Source: Octopus vulgaris | Lineage: Eukaryota | Length of the DNA: 124,000 bases | Assembly (NCBI GenBank): GCA_951406725.2 | Contig: OX597819.1 | Span: 25,068,001 to 25,192,000, forward strand | Direction of reading: 5' to 3' | Position numbers and translations under genes: made by a program | The notes under the pieces: generated by a model | Databases searched by the model: none | Told to the model about the DNA's origin: nothing | Seen by the model: only the letters and a program-made list of their open reading frames with translations | Shown here: positions 82,786-96,561 of the stretch, in pieces | Layout of the letters: each line of letters opens with the position of its first letter | Numbering within the stretch: position 1 is the stretch's first letter

Positions 82786-85071
82786 TGGGCCCGGTTTTTA
82801 AATTTTATTTTTTTTTAAGTAATGAAAGTATTTTGCAAGTCTGAAAGTAGTGTTAGCACAATTTGCTACAAATTTTAGACAGATTTGTAATGACAACATC
82901 TAATTTGTGAGCCCTTCAAAAGATCACAGTGTAAATCTGACCTTTGAAAGTCTTTTTTTTCTTAATTTATACAGACATTAGTAGCATAAATATGACACAT
83001 ACATTAATTAGCAGCAGCAGCAGCAACAGAATGTACATAAAATGATCTATCATAATTTATGTTAATACTATTTCTGGTGTATTTTAAATGCCTAGTTGCT
83101 GCTTAACACCTGGTTGGTAATGACTATGCATATATGTATTTATGCATGTCTATGTAAGTGTAATTCTGTATGTGGGTGTTTGTCTATATGTATGTGACAC
83201 GTGGGAGTGTGAGACTTCCATAAGACATTGAAAAATATTTATTTATTCTGAAATCCTTCTGTAATTTAAACAATGAATTGACAAATATTTTAGAAGCTAC
83301 CATTTTTCCCATCGCTTATTGAGCAACAGAAGTCTGTTAATGAACCCAGGTGGAGTTAATTTGCTGAGTAAATTCTTTATACCAGCTGATTAACTATATA
83401 GCTTCAACTAATTGATGATAGCCGAGTACTTCTATTACTGAGGATAATAAGTGCGGGAGAAGAGAGAGAGAAAGCAAATAAACAAAACTAATCAGTTGGA
83501 TATGCACACAAATATGTAGATCTTAGATACACATAGACACATATTTTATGCATACGTATGCAATTATATATAAACACATGCACACACACACTCACATGTA
83601 TACACACACACTTAAACATACATGCTCATTCACACAGACACTCATGTTTCCACCCACACAGTCTCACATACATCTGCCCGTTCTCTCTCTCTCTCTCAAA
83701 AGCATACATTCAAACTCAGGTACACACATACATACTCACAGACAGACAGACAAGCAAACAGACTCAGAAATCATGCACACTTGAGGACATGCTAATGCAT
83801 ATTTGAGGACAGGCTGATGCACACTCAGGGATAGGCTGACACACATTTGAGAACAGGCTTAGACATGATAGAGGACTAGTTGATGCATGATAGAGGAGAG
83901 ACTAATGCACATTTGAGGACAGGCCAATGCACTCTTGGGGACAGGCTGATGCATACTTGAAGACAGGATGATGTACTCTTGAGGACAGGCTAATGAACTG
84001 TCATGAATAGTCTGTCACATACTCAAGAGCCAGTTGATGTATGTTCGAGGGCAGGTTGATAACACATAGATTTTATAATTCATTTCAATGACATTAAATA
84101 TAATTTTGACTTTGGCTAGTCTTGTGAGCGGATTTGGTAAACTGAAACTGTGTGGAAGCTTGGTTATATATGTATATATATATATTTGTATCTCACATAT
84201 CTTTACAACTAGTAGTGGTTTGTTTGCATTCCTGTAATTTAGTTGCTTGGTGAAAATCGTCCTATTGGATAAGGACCAGATTTTGAAAATATAAGTTCTG
84301 GAATCAATGTGATTGACTGAACCCTTTGAGGTGGTGCTCCAGCATGGCCACAGTTCAGTGATTAAAACAAATAAAAGAATAACATGATGTAAACACGCAT
84401 GCACACACATGCCTCAGTTGGCACACAGACCAAACTCAGTACCACTTGGTGGTGAAGCAAACTGCTGAGTTTTTCAAAAATAATGTATATACTGATATGC
84501 ACATGCATGCATCCATGCACTCACACATGCATGCATGCACACACACACACAATAGTAGCATTATTCCTAAATTAGAAACCTTTATTATATCATCTTTAAA
84601 GTAGTGAGTTGATAGAATCATTAAATAACTGGAAAAAAATGTCCTGTGATATTTGTTCTAGGTTTTTAATTTCTGAATTCAAATCCTGAAAGGGTCAGTT
84701 TTACCTTTCATTCCTCTTTGGTTGATAAAATAAAGTATCAACCAAGTGTTAAGTTCAATGCAATTAACTAAAATTGCTGATCTTGGGCCTCACTTGAAAA
84801 TTAAGGACAATAGATTGGTAAAATCATTAGAGCATCACACTAGGGCCTTGCAAAATTCTTTTCCAGTTCTTTACATTCTGAGTTCCAAACTAGCCAAAAT
84901 CACCTTTGCTTTTCATTATTCAGAAGTTGATAAAATACTGTACCAGTCTCTAATATCAACGGCTCCCTATCTCTTCAAAATTACTGTCCTTGTGCTTTAA
85001 TTAGAAATCATTATTATTATCAACTGTATTATGATCAGGGTTATGATTGCAATGGTGCTTCTGATGATGAA

Positions 85072-85465
85072 TCTTTATATATAAAAGAGAGGTTGTGTGC
85101 TGTCTGTCTCCTACGATTTAGATTCCTAACTACTCCCACATTTTGCGGTGCAGTTTAACCAAAAGCGGGTATCTTATAGTCGTGATTCATATCGAGCCCT
85201 TCTGGGTATTAGCGCACGTCTACGATGAGTCTACGATTTAAAAAAAAATTTACCATCAATTTTTCCCATTTTAATGCATTTTTGGCATATATAAGGGAAG
85301 TAACTCTCTAAAAATTTATTATTAAATCTCAGAACGTAAAAAGCTACAGTAACACCCCACTTTGTGGTTAGCCATATTGAGATGGCTATTATGCTTTACA
85401 TCTCTAAAAATGCTTATATAGTTATTTCCCTTACAAACCCGAGCAATGCCGGGCGATACTGCTAG
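85072..85465 (+). mobile_element. Non-autonomous Helitron, type 1
   Basis: A|TC...hairpin...CTAG|T. Confidence 0.87.
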
Positions 85466-85724
85466 TTGTTTAATAATTTGATTTGTTTATTGAAGGATAT
85501 TTAAGTCAGAAGATTATATATGGCTTTCTGAATTATTTCTGTCTTTTACTTGTTTTAGTCATTTGACTGCAGCCATGCTGGGGCATTGCCTTGAAGTGTT
85601 TAATCAATCAACATGATTCCAGTATATATATTTTAAATCTGGTACTTATTCTGTCAGTCTCTTTTGCTGAACTGCTCGGTTACGGGGACATAAACCAACA
85701 CAGACACACCACACACATATGCAC

Positions 85725-85775
<51 letters not shown>

Positions 85776-86470
85776 GGGATTTAAGTTTCTGTCTACCACA
85801 TCCACTCACAAGGTTTTGATCAGCTCAGAGCTATAGTAGAGGACACTTGTAAAGTTGTTGCACAGGAGAATTGAACTCAGGACGACATGATTGGGAAGCA
85901 CCACTTCTTAATCACAAAGCCACACCTGTACATATAGGCCACATCAAATATTATATATTTTACGCCATTTGTATTTGTATGTGTTCCTTTTTTTCTGTAT
86001 TACAAAAAAGAAAAGTAAAACGAATATGATTTATAATATTTCCAATGTAATTTTTAAATATGGTATTCAACATATTCCATAACTTTTTGGTAAGAAAAAT
86101 GAGGCAAACCAGTAAAAAAGAAAAAGAAAAAAATTGGGGAAAAAATAACTTTGGCATTAGAACCAGATGAATCTGTAGAATCATCTGTTTCTAATGCCAA
86201 CATTGCCAGACAAATGAGCGAAAGGCAAATGTTTATGTTAAAGAATAAAGAAATTGAGATGGTTAAAATAGTTTTAATGAAAACAAGGAGAAAGAACATC
86301 ATAGAATAATCCTAATCTGATGCTGATCTGCAAAATTCATCATTATAAAGTGATGGGCATTTTCTGCCAAGGCTCATCATCATTACTACCACCGTTATCA
86401 CTACCACCACCAGCTTTCACATCTGCTTTACGTAATTGAAATGAAGATGAATCTTGTATTTAAAGATCCG

Positions 86471-87042
86471 TATTGGGTTGTCCGGAAAGTTTGTGCCGAT
86501 TTATAATAGCTTACCTTTCGACTTATTTTGGAACATGGTTGAGTCCATAGAATAGGTAGGATTTGACTACACCTCCAATTAGAGCACAGTTTAAGCTATC
86601 TTTTCGTGGAAGAAGATTTGTTCCTATAACCCGTGTTAATTTTGTAACCCTTTAAAGTGGAAGATAAGAAAGTTAATTTTCGGCACTTGATGCTTTGGGA
86701 ACCAGATAAAAATTTTTGCGCCTCGGCTGGGATGTGTTACCCCACCCTTCATATTCACCAGATGTTGCTCCTTCAGATTTCCACTTAATCAGGTCTCTGC
86801 AGAATAGTCTTAATGGTAAAAATTTCAATTCCTTGGATGATGTAAAAAGATACCTTGATGAATTCTTTGCTATGAAACCACCTCAATTCTGGGAAGAGGG
86901 TATTTTCAAGTTAAAGGAAAGATGGAGACGCATTGTACAACAAAATGGTTCATATTTGGTTGATTAAGAATGTAATGGCAAGTATTTATTGACCATTTTC
87001 TTTCCTTTAAAAATTGGCATGAACTTTCCGGATAACCCAATA
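86471..87042 (+). mobile_element. Internally deleted mariner element
   Basis: TA|TTGGGTTGTCCGGAAAGTTTGTGCCGATTT ... AAATTGGCATGAACTTTCCGGATAACCCAA|TA TIRs; N-terminal EDKKVNFRHLML fused to C-terminal HPSYSPDVAPSDFHL...WRRIVQQNGSYL*. Confidence 0.9.
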
Positions 87043-87567
87043 GTTTGGACAAAGCAAATTTGTATCTCATTTGGAATATTATAAATATTAATAATAATAA
87101 GGCTAATTTTGGCACAAGGCCAGCAATTTTGAAGGAAGGAGCATGTCAATTACATCAACTCCAATGCACAACTGGTACCTATTTCAATAAGCCTGAAAGT
87201 ATTAAAGGTAAAGTCAATCTTGGCAGCATTTGAGCCCAGAATGTAGACTCAGAGGAAATGCCCCTAAGCATTACTGTTCAGCACAGTAGTGGGGATTCCA
87301 CAAGGTTGTTGCCTTACATAATAAAAATAATAATCCTTTCTACCATAGGCACAAGGTCTGGAATTTTAGGGGAAGGGGAAGTTGACTACATCAATTCCAG
87401 TGTTCAACTGGTCCTTGTTTTATAAACCCCGAAGGGATGATAGGTAAAATCAACCTTGACAGCTTTTGAATTTAGAATGTAGTCAGAAGAAATGCCACTA
87501 AACATTTTGTCCAGTGTAGTAACAATTCTGCAATCTCACCACCTTAATTAATAAAAATAATTAAAAT

Positions 87568-87686
87568 AATGATAATGATGGTGATGATGATGATGATAAT
87601 AATAATAATGATAATGATGATAATAATGATAATAATAATAATAATAATAATGATAATAATGATAGTGATAATGATAATAATAATAG

Positions 87687-87726
<40 letters not shown>

Positions 87727-87828
87727 GATAATGATAATAGTAATGATAATGATAATAATGATGATAATAGTAATGATAATGATAATAATAATAATAATGA
87801 TAATAATGATAATAATAATGATAATGAT

Positions 87829-87859
<31 letters not shown>

Positions 87860-87860
87860 T
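87568..87860. repeat. (ATA/ATG)n trinucleotide expansion
   Basis: Seen directly. Confidence 0.9.
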
Positions 87861-88130
87861 CGCAATTGTGGAGATGGTTGGCTATGAAGAAAGCTTGACC
87901 GAATTCTTTAATGCTTCTAGTTTGGCATATTGCCTCTTGTAAGTTCTAATCTCAGAGTTGCTTTTTATTTCCAAAGACACTAGTAATAAATACTATCCTT
88001 ATATTTAGCTCGGTTAAATTGACTATATCCTCCCACACTGGAAGTATTGTTAGAAGGTTGGGAAAAACTGCCTTTGCAGTACTTGTTCTGGTTTTTTACT
88101 CATTAAGAGTTCAAATCCTACTTACATCAT

Positions 88131-88188
88131 CTTCTGCTCATGATCAGAAATGCACATATCGTCAGCCAATAAGGGACATGCTCAACTG

Positions 88189-88236
<48 letters not shown>

Positions 88237-89233
88237 GAGTGAGAGAGCAGTGCATGGCATCAAAGTGACACTGGGGTGAAATATACGAAGCCCAATATAC
88301 CCATCATGACTACCCGTCTGATAAGGGTACACCAGGCACATGCATCACAACCATATGTGTGCGACATGGTGATCTCATATCAAGATAAACAGCATATGAC
88401 CTTGCAGGTGGGGCCCAGTTAGAATTTTCTTCAGGTCGAGTAACCCATCCCGCTCAAAAGGTCCCTGAATAAAGGTTGTTTAAGGACGTTGAATGAAACA
88501 CCCATGTTTCCAGAGGTGAATTATTCAAACCCCAAAGAATCCCTCTCAACGCATGGCTATGATGCTCCCCCACTACTTCTGCTCTCTCTCGATCAGAAAT
88601 GCACATATCGTCAGCCAATAAGGGACATGCTCAACTGGTTATTATTATTATTATTGAGTGAGAGAGCAGTTCATGCCATCAAAGTGACACTGGGGTAAAA
88701 TATACGAAGCCCAATATACCCATCATGACTACCCGTCTGATAAGGGTACACCAGGCACATGCATCACAACTATATGTGCACAACATGGTGATCACATATC
88801 AAGATAAACAGCACATGAACTTGCAGGTGGGGCACAGTTAGAATTTTCTTCTGGTTGAGTAGCCCATCCTGCTCAAACGGTCCCTGAATAAGGGTTGTTT
88901 AAGGACGTTGAATGAAACACCCATGTTTCCAAAGGTGAATTATTCAAACCCCAAAGAATCCCTCTCAACACATTGGCTATGATGCTCCCCCACTACTTCT
89001 GCTCATGATCCGAGATGCACATATCGTCAGCCACTAAGGGACATGCTCAACTGGTTAAAGTCAAACAACTGACAAGCAAATCTGTGGTATTGAGCAGAAT
89101 ATTTGCTGTAGCCCATCTTTTATACCAAGACAAAACAATGAACATGATAACACTTCCAATCAGTTAAGATCAGAAGCCATGAGAGCCACTGCCTGGTACT
89201 GCATCAGGGCATTGCCTGGTACTGCATCAGGGC

Positions 89234-89235
<2 letters not shown>
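88131..89235 (-). mobile_element. Family F tandem array (stub 88131-88189, truncated 88237-88638, full 88656-89235)
   Basis: Three collinear copies separated by (TTA)n. Confidence 0.75.
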
Positions 89236-89282
<47 letters not shown>

Positions 89283-90089
89283 AGTTGGTGGGAGTGGTCA
89301 GTGTAGATTGCCAGACTGAATGCGTTGTTACATCCCTATGTGCTCTGAGTTCATATCTTATCTGGCTTGATCTTTGCCTTTCATCTTTCTAGAACTGCCA
89401 CTGCAGCAGCAGCAGCAGCAACAGCAGTTTAGTCAGCTCTTTATGTTGGTATGGATTGGACAGTTTTGACTGTTCCTCAAGTCTCTGGTTGTACAAAAGA
89501 AAAGCTGAATGGAAAATTGGATACAACATATCGTTTTTTATTACAGTCAACCTGCTCTCAAACAAACACCGAATAACAAATAGTGCAGTTTGATGCTGAA
89601 ATCTAGGACTGTACTGAAGACTGGGTTAGATCTTACTCTCATATATGAAACACACACACACACACACACACACACACTTTTACCAAAATGGACTAATAAA
89701 AGGCATGGACACAGTTACCACATCTTCAGACAAATGACAGAAATAAAATTCTGGTTGATTCTGTTCAGTAGCAGCAACAGTATTTCTGAAGTTTCCTAGC
89801 TATACATCTTTAGAGATAAATTTTTGTTCTGGTATTTACATTTTGGTTGGTTTTAGTTCAGAGATCATCAGGTGTCCTATTCTCAGATTTATGAGATACC
89901 TATATCCTTAGCATTGGACAGCACTCAAACTAAGAACCATTGATAATGCAAAAGAGATTGAGATGTTTCATTTCTTTTCTATAATTTAGTAACTTGCACA
90001 TTTTCTTAGAATAAAGAAAATGTGAGCAACTATTAAGTTCTCTGTGTTTCAAATTATTTATCATTTATTTTTCTTTTCTCTTTATCTAG

Positions 90090-90122
90090 AAAGTCTATTC
90101 TAGGGTAGCAAGAATATGTAAG
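90090..90122 (+). CDS. Sema5: Semaphorin-5-like exon 7 (33-nt micro-exon)
   Basis: tctag| KVYSRVARICK |gtaagt; canonical YSRVARxCK Sema motif. Confidence 0.95.
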
Positions 90123-90289
90123 GTAAGTACATTCACAGAAATATGATGAATTTTGTGATTTATGTCAAAACTGTATATATTTTGTTCTATAGCATACTTG
90201 TATACTTTATGAATAATGGATATTTATGATTGGTCATTCCCTTGGCTATTACTGTCTTGGGTCCTAGGACTCATAAGGCAGCTTACCCA

Positions 90290-90850
90290 GTTTCACTGCT
90301 GTGCAAGTGACCAAGATCACAATGTTCCCTCCGAACAGGATGCCAGTTCATTGCAGGGTTACTAATTTACAGCCAAGTGGACTGGAGTAATGTGAAATGA
90401 AGTGTTTTGTTCAAGAATGTAGCACACTGCCCAGTTTGGAAATTGAAACCATAATTTTATGATCATGGGTGCAACACCTTAACCACTATGCCATCTATGC
90501 TAGATAAAAAGGGTAAAGACCCCCTTCTGTCATGAATGACCATGGGATTGCACCTAGAAAGTTACCCTCAGAGGCACAAGTCTGCACAGGATTGTTTCTA
90601 GAAGACCAGCAGTCGTTCATGCATACCAGCCTCCCTTCTCCCAACCACTGATGTTATCCAAGGGAAAAGCAAATGCTAATACAGCTTGGCACCAGTGATG
90701 TTGCATCTCATTTCTACAACTGAGTGAGTTGGAGCAATGTGAAATAAAGTGTTTTGCTCAAGAACACAACATACAGCCTGGTCCAGGAATCATATTCACT
90801 ACCTCATGAGTGTGACCCTGACGCTCTAACCACTGAACCATGTGCCTAAA
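90290..90850 (-). mobile_element. Two older tRNA-headed SINEs in tandem
   Basis: Reverse-strand heads ..AGTGGTTA.. at ~90485 and ~90835; similar body at ~116290-116550. Confidence 0.5.
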
Positions 90851-91103
90851 AATTCTATGGAGTTCAAAATAGGTGTGTGTGTATGTGTGTGTGTGTGTGT
90901 GTGTACGTGTGTGTGTGTTTGTTACATTAGAAATCAGGTAAAATTTACTAACTAGTAACTGTAAACAGCGTGTGGAGGACTTACAGTGGAATTTTAATGG
91001 TGGCAGTCTTGAAACTGAATAATTTTCATGTAAGAAATTTATGATGGAAATCTCATCCATTGTTTTTACACCCCTTTTTTTGTTTTTTTCTTTTACTCTT
91101 CAG

Positions 91104-91273
91104 ACTGACAGAGGAGGAGATAGCCTCCTTCTAGAAAACAACTGGACGACTTTTCTTAAGTCCCGGATTAACTGTTCTCTTCCAGGAGAGTTTCCATTTT
91201 ATTTCAATGAAATTCAGCATACCTTCTATTCCAAAGAAGAGAATTTAATATATGCTGTGTTTGGCACCGGAGA
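91104..91273 (+). CDS. Sema5: Semaphorin-5-like exon 8
   Basis: ttcag| TDRGGDSLLLENNWTTFLKSRINCSLPGEFPFYFNEIQHTFYSKEENLIYAVFGTG |gtaagt; WTTFLKxRxNCS..FYFNEIQ motif. Confidence 0.97.
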
Positions 91274-92216
91274 GTAAGTTTGCATTTAATATCCATTAGT
91301 TGTTGTTGTTGTTGTTATTATTATTCCCCCCTTTGTTCCTTTTCCTCTTCCTCCTTCACCACTACTGCTATCATCATCATCATCATCGTCGTCATCGTCA
91401 TTTCTTACAAAGCAATAAAATTACCATAATATCTGTGTTAATGAAAATATTTTCCCACTGGAAACTGATAGCAAGCTCAGCAAGTAAATAAATAAATAAA
91501 TAAGAACAAAAAGAAAGCAATGAAATAGATGCAAAGTGTGCCATTGGGGAAATTGTTGATTGTTTTTTTTATCCTGTCCAACACAGAAAATGCTCACCGG
91601 CACTTTAGGTGCGCCAGATTCTAGCTTGATGAGGGACAGGTAAGTAAAGTCATGAAGTGCTCTAACCCAACTTATCTGGCTGGTCCCTACCTTAGTGTAG
91701 ATGGATGGTACTCCATATTTTTTTCTCTTGTTTCCTTAAATTATATCTTTTTTTTTTAATCATATCTGTATTCTTATTTGCTTTACTGGGAATCCAGCAG
91801 AGATGATGTTTAACCTATTCCCACTATAGCAGGAATATGGAGTGACAAGGTTAAGGTTTCTGGTTTTGTTACCAACAATCAAGATAGGGAAAATTAATAA
91901 AAGACAATACAGCAATATATGGCTGAGTTTTCTATATTCATTACTTTACAGAAAAATGTTTTCTGCTTAAGGCAGCCGAGAATATAAATATATATATATT
92001 AAAATATATTACATACATGGTGCACATAAAAAGCACCCACTACACTCGCGGAGTTGTTGGCGTTAGGAAGGGCATCCAGCTGTAGAAACACTGCCAGATC
92101 AGACTGGAGCCTGAAGCAGCCCCTGGCTTCCCAGACCCCGGCTCCCCAGACCCCGGTCGAACCGTCCAACCCGTGCTAGAGTGGAAAACGGACGTTAAAC
92201 GATGATGATGATGATG

Positions 92217-92506
92217 ATAAGAGGGATGACCTCTAAGTGGACATCTATTACGCTAGAAGAAAATCCGCTATGATCTTACCACTAAGAAAGGAATGTTCTC
92301 AAGAAAAGTTAGCAAACACCAGAATGTGAGTGAGGAAGACAAATGAAAAGATACAAAATATAGATTAATCACAAACCAGGTTTCGTTTCTCGCTTACGTT
92401 CTGGCATTTGCTAAATTTTCTTCAGAACATTCCTTTCTTAGTGGTAAGACCATAGCGGATCTTCTTCTAGCATAATGGATGTCCACTTACAGGTCATCCC
92501 TTTTAT
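92217..92506. repeat. Foldback element, intron 8
   Basis: ~120-bp arms (AGGGATGACC../..GGTCATCCCT), ~45-nt loop. Confidence 0.8.
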
Positions 92507-92709
92507 ATGTATGTACTATAATTTTTTCTGAATCTTCAGATTTTTCAATATGCTAGACCACTGGTTTTAAATTGATATTAATCAAATTAATATTCAATTT
92601 TTCACCTTTATTATTTTAAATTTTATATTAAAATATATTAGATAGATTATCATAGTTTGAGTTATTTATGAGTTGTAATCCTTTTTTTTTTTTACCATTC
92701 TGTTTCCAG

Positions 92710-92845
92710 CAACAGCATACCAGGTTCAGCTATCTGTATATATGATATACATGCATTCCATCGGTCATTCTCTGGTGCTTTCAAATACCAGATGAATGCT
92801 AACACAGCATGGATGAAAATGGAAAATCCAAAAGCAGATTCACAG
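92710..92845 (+). CDS. Sema5: Semaphorin-5-like exon 9
   Basis: ttccag| DNSIPGSAICIYDIHAFHRSFSGAFKYQMNANTAWMKMENPKADSQ |gtatg; GSAxC...FxGxFKxQ motif. Confidence 0.95.
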
Positions 92846-93118
92846 GTATGACTACTATTATTAAAATGGAATTTTATTTTAATTTTTTAAATTTTATCTA
92901 GTTTCAACTTTCGAGCTGTGGCCATGCTGGGGCACCACCAGTATATTTTTAGTATGGAACTGGTTTATTTAATAGAGATGACTTGCTGTTATTGTGAAAC
93001 ATATTGATTATTGTTTGGATTTTAAATGCAATTTTAAATTAATGGTATTTTTATTGAGTAAAGATTATACTTCAACTATCCTGACCATGAGTTACTAGAA
93101 CCTAAACATGAGTCATTG

Positions 93119-93156
<38 letters not shown>

Positions 93157-93418
93157 GAATGACAAATTAAGATAAACACAAGTTTATATTAGTTCCAAAC
93201 TTTGGCACAAGGCCAGCAATTTTGAGGAAGGGACTAAGGACTAAAGTCAAGTAGATTGGCCCCAGTTCTCAATTGATACTCATTTCATCAACTCTGAAGG
93301 GATAGAAGACAAAGTCGACCTCAGAAGACTTTGAATTCTGAATGTAAAGATGGATGAAATGTCTCAAAGAATTTTGCCCAGTATGCTAACAATTCTGCTA
93401 GCTTGTGGCCTTGACACA

Positions 93419-93674
93419 CAAGTTTATCTTATTAGTTCCTACATGTGTTTCACCCTTATGATTATTTGGAACCCTGCACTGGGTGTTTCAATTGGATGCT
93501 TAACAAGAATGGATCATCAGGGAACACTTTATTGCATTAAGCTGCAGTATACAACAGAAAGTTTACCTGATGAACCATTCTGATTAAGCATCCAAGTGCA
93601 CTTGGGACACTCAGTGCAGGGTTCCAGACAACCAGAATGATGAAACATACATAGGAACTAATAAGATAAACTTG
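93419..93674. repeat. Foldback element, intron 9
   Basis: ~110-bp arms (CAAGTTTATCTTATTAGTTCCT / AGGAACTAATAAGATAAACTTG). Confidence 0.8.
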
Positions 93675-93849
93675 CAGTCATCTTAATCTCTCCAGCATTT
93701 GCCCTGTATTTAATAACAAGTATTACTACTTAGTTTAGGAGTTACTTAATCACTCTACTAAAAGTAGACTGGAATATGGTAATCTACATGGAACTTTAGA
93801 CATAACAGTAGCAGTTATACATATATTCGTATGCACAAAACATAATATA

Positions 93850-94244
93850 CTAGCAGTATTGCCTGGCGTTGCTCGGGTTTGTAAGGGAAATAACTATATA
93901 AGCATTTTTAGAGAGTTATAAGCCAAAAAATAGCAAAAAATGCATTAAAAATGGAAAAAAAATTATGGTAAATTTTTTTTTAAATCGTTGACTCATCGTA
94001 GACATATTTAGAGAGTTACTTTCCTTACATAATAGCGAAAAAAATGCATTAAAATGGAAAAAAATGATGGTAAATTTTTTTTTAAATCATAGACTCATCA
94101 TAGACACGCACTAATACCCAGAAGGGCTCGATATGAATCACGACTATAAGATACCCGGTTTTGGTTAAACTGCACCGCAAAATGTGGGAGTAGTTACGAA
94201 TCTAAATCATAGGAGACAGACACACAACTTGACTTTTATATATA
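93850..94244 (-). mobile_element. Non-autonomous Helitron, type 1
   Basis: 3' CTAG and hairpin present; 5' terminus slightly eroded. Confidence 0.82.
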
Positions 94245-94558
94245 CAAATATGTATAGAATTTTTGAATGATTGAACATGAAAGATATAAAACTATAAATA
94301 TTAGTATGCAGAATATTGGATTAATAAACCTCTTAGATGAAAAGAAATCAAAGGTTGTCTGTGAGATTTGAAACTACACCTTCTGTATGCATGATGGACA
94401 TTTTAACCATTATACCGAAATGACACTTCAAATTTTCTCTTTCCATTTTAGATGTCTTGCTCTTACCAGCAAGAATTGTATGTCATTTATTTAATAAAAA
94501 TCTAGAAACTTTGCAAGATATGAAGTGTATCGTTTTAACAGCAGAATGTTTATATGCC

Positions 94559-94621
<63 letters not shown>

Positions 94622-95443
94622 TGTTTGCACAATCGAAACTTCAAGAGACATAAAGTCTATCATTTTTAATGGTGTAACTTGAAACAGATAAAGCTATAAA
94701 TAGTAGCATTTAGATTTGTAGGTTAAAAAACACATGATGAAGAAAAGTTGAAGTTTGATTCTAGGGCTCAAATCTGAATCTTCTAAATTCTTATAATATA
94801 AATAATACATTTCTTGCTAGTAAAAACAAAACTTCTCAAATGGATGGAATAAATTGTAAGGGTTGTTTTGTTATAATGGTTAGAATATCTGTCCTATTTA
94901 CAGTAGGTATTGGTTCAAGTACCCCAGGTAGCCTTCTACTTTTTTTTCCATCCAAGGGTGTGTTAACCCAGTATTCCACTCTGTATTATATGTGGCTTTA
95001 TCTGCTTCGGGTTACACCATTAAAAAATGATACACTTTATATCTCTTGAAGTTTCTATTGTGTAAACAATACATATGCACACACACATACACACATGTAC
95101 GTATATAAATATACATACACACACATATATACATATACATTCATACATACGTATGTATGTTTATATATGTATATATTTATATGCAGAGAAAAACTGAAAG
95201 CGAGAGATAGAGAAATGAGTAAGATACCATCTTTAATTAGCATATTTATTGCTTCTTTACAAAACTGCATAGAATGGAGACTGCATAGTAATTGCTTTTA
95301 ATTTAATGTTTGATTATAATTATAAGAGTAATTAAAATAAAAAAACAATTATAACAAATGCATCACTACTGAATGGTATAACAAATTTAGTTTATGTAAG
95401 TAATATATATATATATACATGATGTGTTTTTGTGTTGTTTCAG

Positions 95444-95586
95444 TGTCCCAGTCCAGGAAGCAGCAGTAAGCGTTCCTTTAGTAACCATATCTCACAAGTA
95501 CTCCTAGATGCGGAGAAATATCAAATGATGAACGATGCCGTTCAGCCAATAACTAACCGTCCTCCTTTTGTGGGTGTGGGTGAGAG
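95444..95586 (+). CDS. Sema5: Semaphorin-5-like exon 10
   Basis: ttcag| CPSPGSSSKRSFSNHISQVLLDAEKYQMMNDAVQPITNRPPFVGVGER |gtaggt; phase 0 to 2. Confidence 0.92.
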
Positions 95587-96059
95587 GTAGGTCAAATATT
95601 AAACTGTATTCTTTGTATATGATCGCAACATCACTTCTACCACCAACACCAATCATTTCATCTGTCTCTTCCTAACCTCTCTGCTGAAGGGAAATGGCCC
95701 CATATATTATAATTTTGTGCTGCTCCTGATAGCAAATGAACATATTAAACTCTTCTAGGAACTCTTTTGGAAAAATTATTGCTGATGTAACCCATTTCAA
95801 CCAGATTTTACTTTAATTCACTCCCCTCTTTCTCATACATATACACTCAAATATACACATGTTTGTGTCACTGTCATGAAAGTAATATGGGATATATTAG
95901 TGGAAATTAAATATATAAATGCTTTCACTGCTTTTCTCATGAACAATTTCAATTATAATCCTTTCTATACTAAAGGCAGAGGACCTGAAATTTTGTGTGA
96001 GGGAACTTATTGGTTACATTCATCCTAGTGCTCAACCTCAGTTACATTACCTTAAAAGG

Positions 96060-96093
<34 letters not shown>

Positions 96094-96098
<5 letters not shown>

Positions 96099-96561
96099 GA
96101 TGGGCTACAGCAAATATTCTGCTCAGTACCACAGATTTACATGTCGTTTATTTGACCTTAACCTGTTGAGCATGTCCCTTAGTGGCTGACGATATGTGCA
96201 TCTCTGATCACAAGAGAGAAGTAGTGGGGGGAGTATCATAGCCATGTGTTGAGAGGGATTCTTTGGGGTTTGAATAATTCACCTTTGGAAACATGGGTGT
96301 TTCATTCAACATCCTTAAACAATCCTTATTCAGGGACCTTTTAAGTGGGATGGGTTACTCAACCAGAAGAAAATTCTAACTGGGCCCTACCTGCAAGGTC
96401 ATGTACTGTTTATCTTGATATGAGATCACCATGTTGCGCACATATGGTTGTGATGCATGTGCCTGGTGTACCCTTATCAGACAGGTAGTCATGATGGGTA
96501 TACTGGGCTTCGTATATTTTACTCCAGTGCCACTTTGATGGCATGCACTGCTCTCTCACTC
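96094..96561 (+). mobile_element. Family F, 5'-truncated
   Basis: (TAA)n runs directly into TAAAAGATGGG; (AAT)n tail. Confidence 0.75.
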
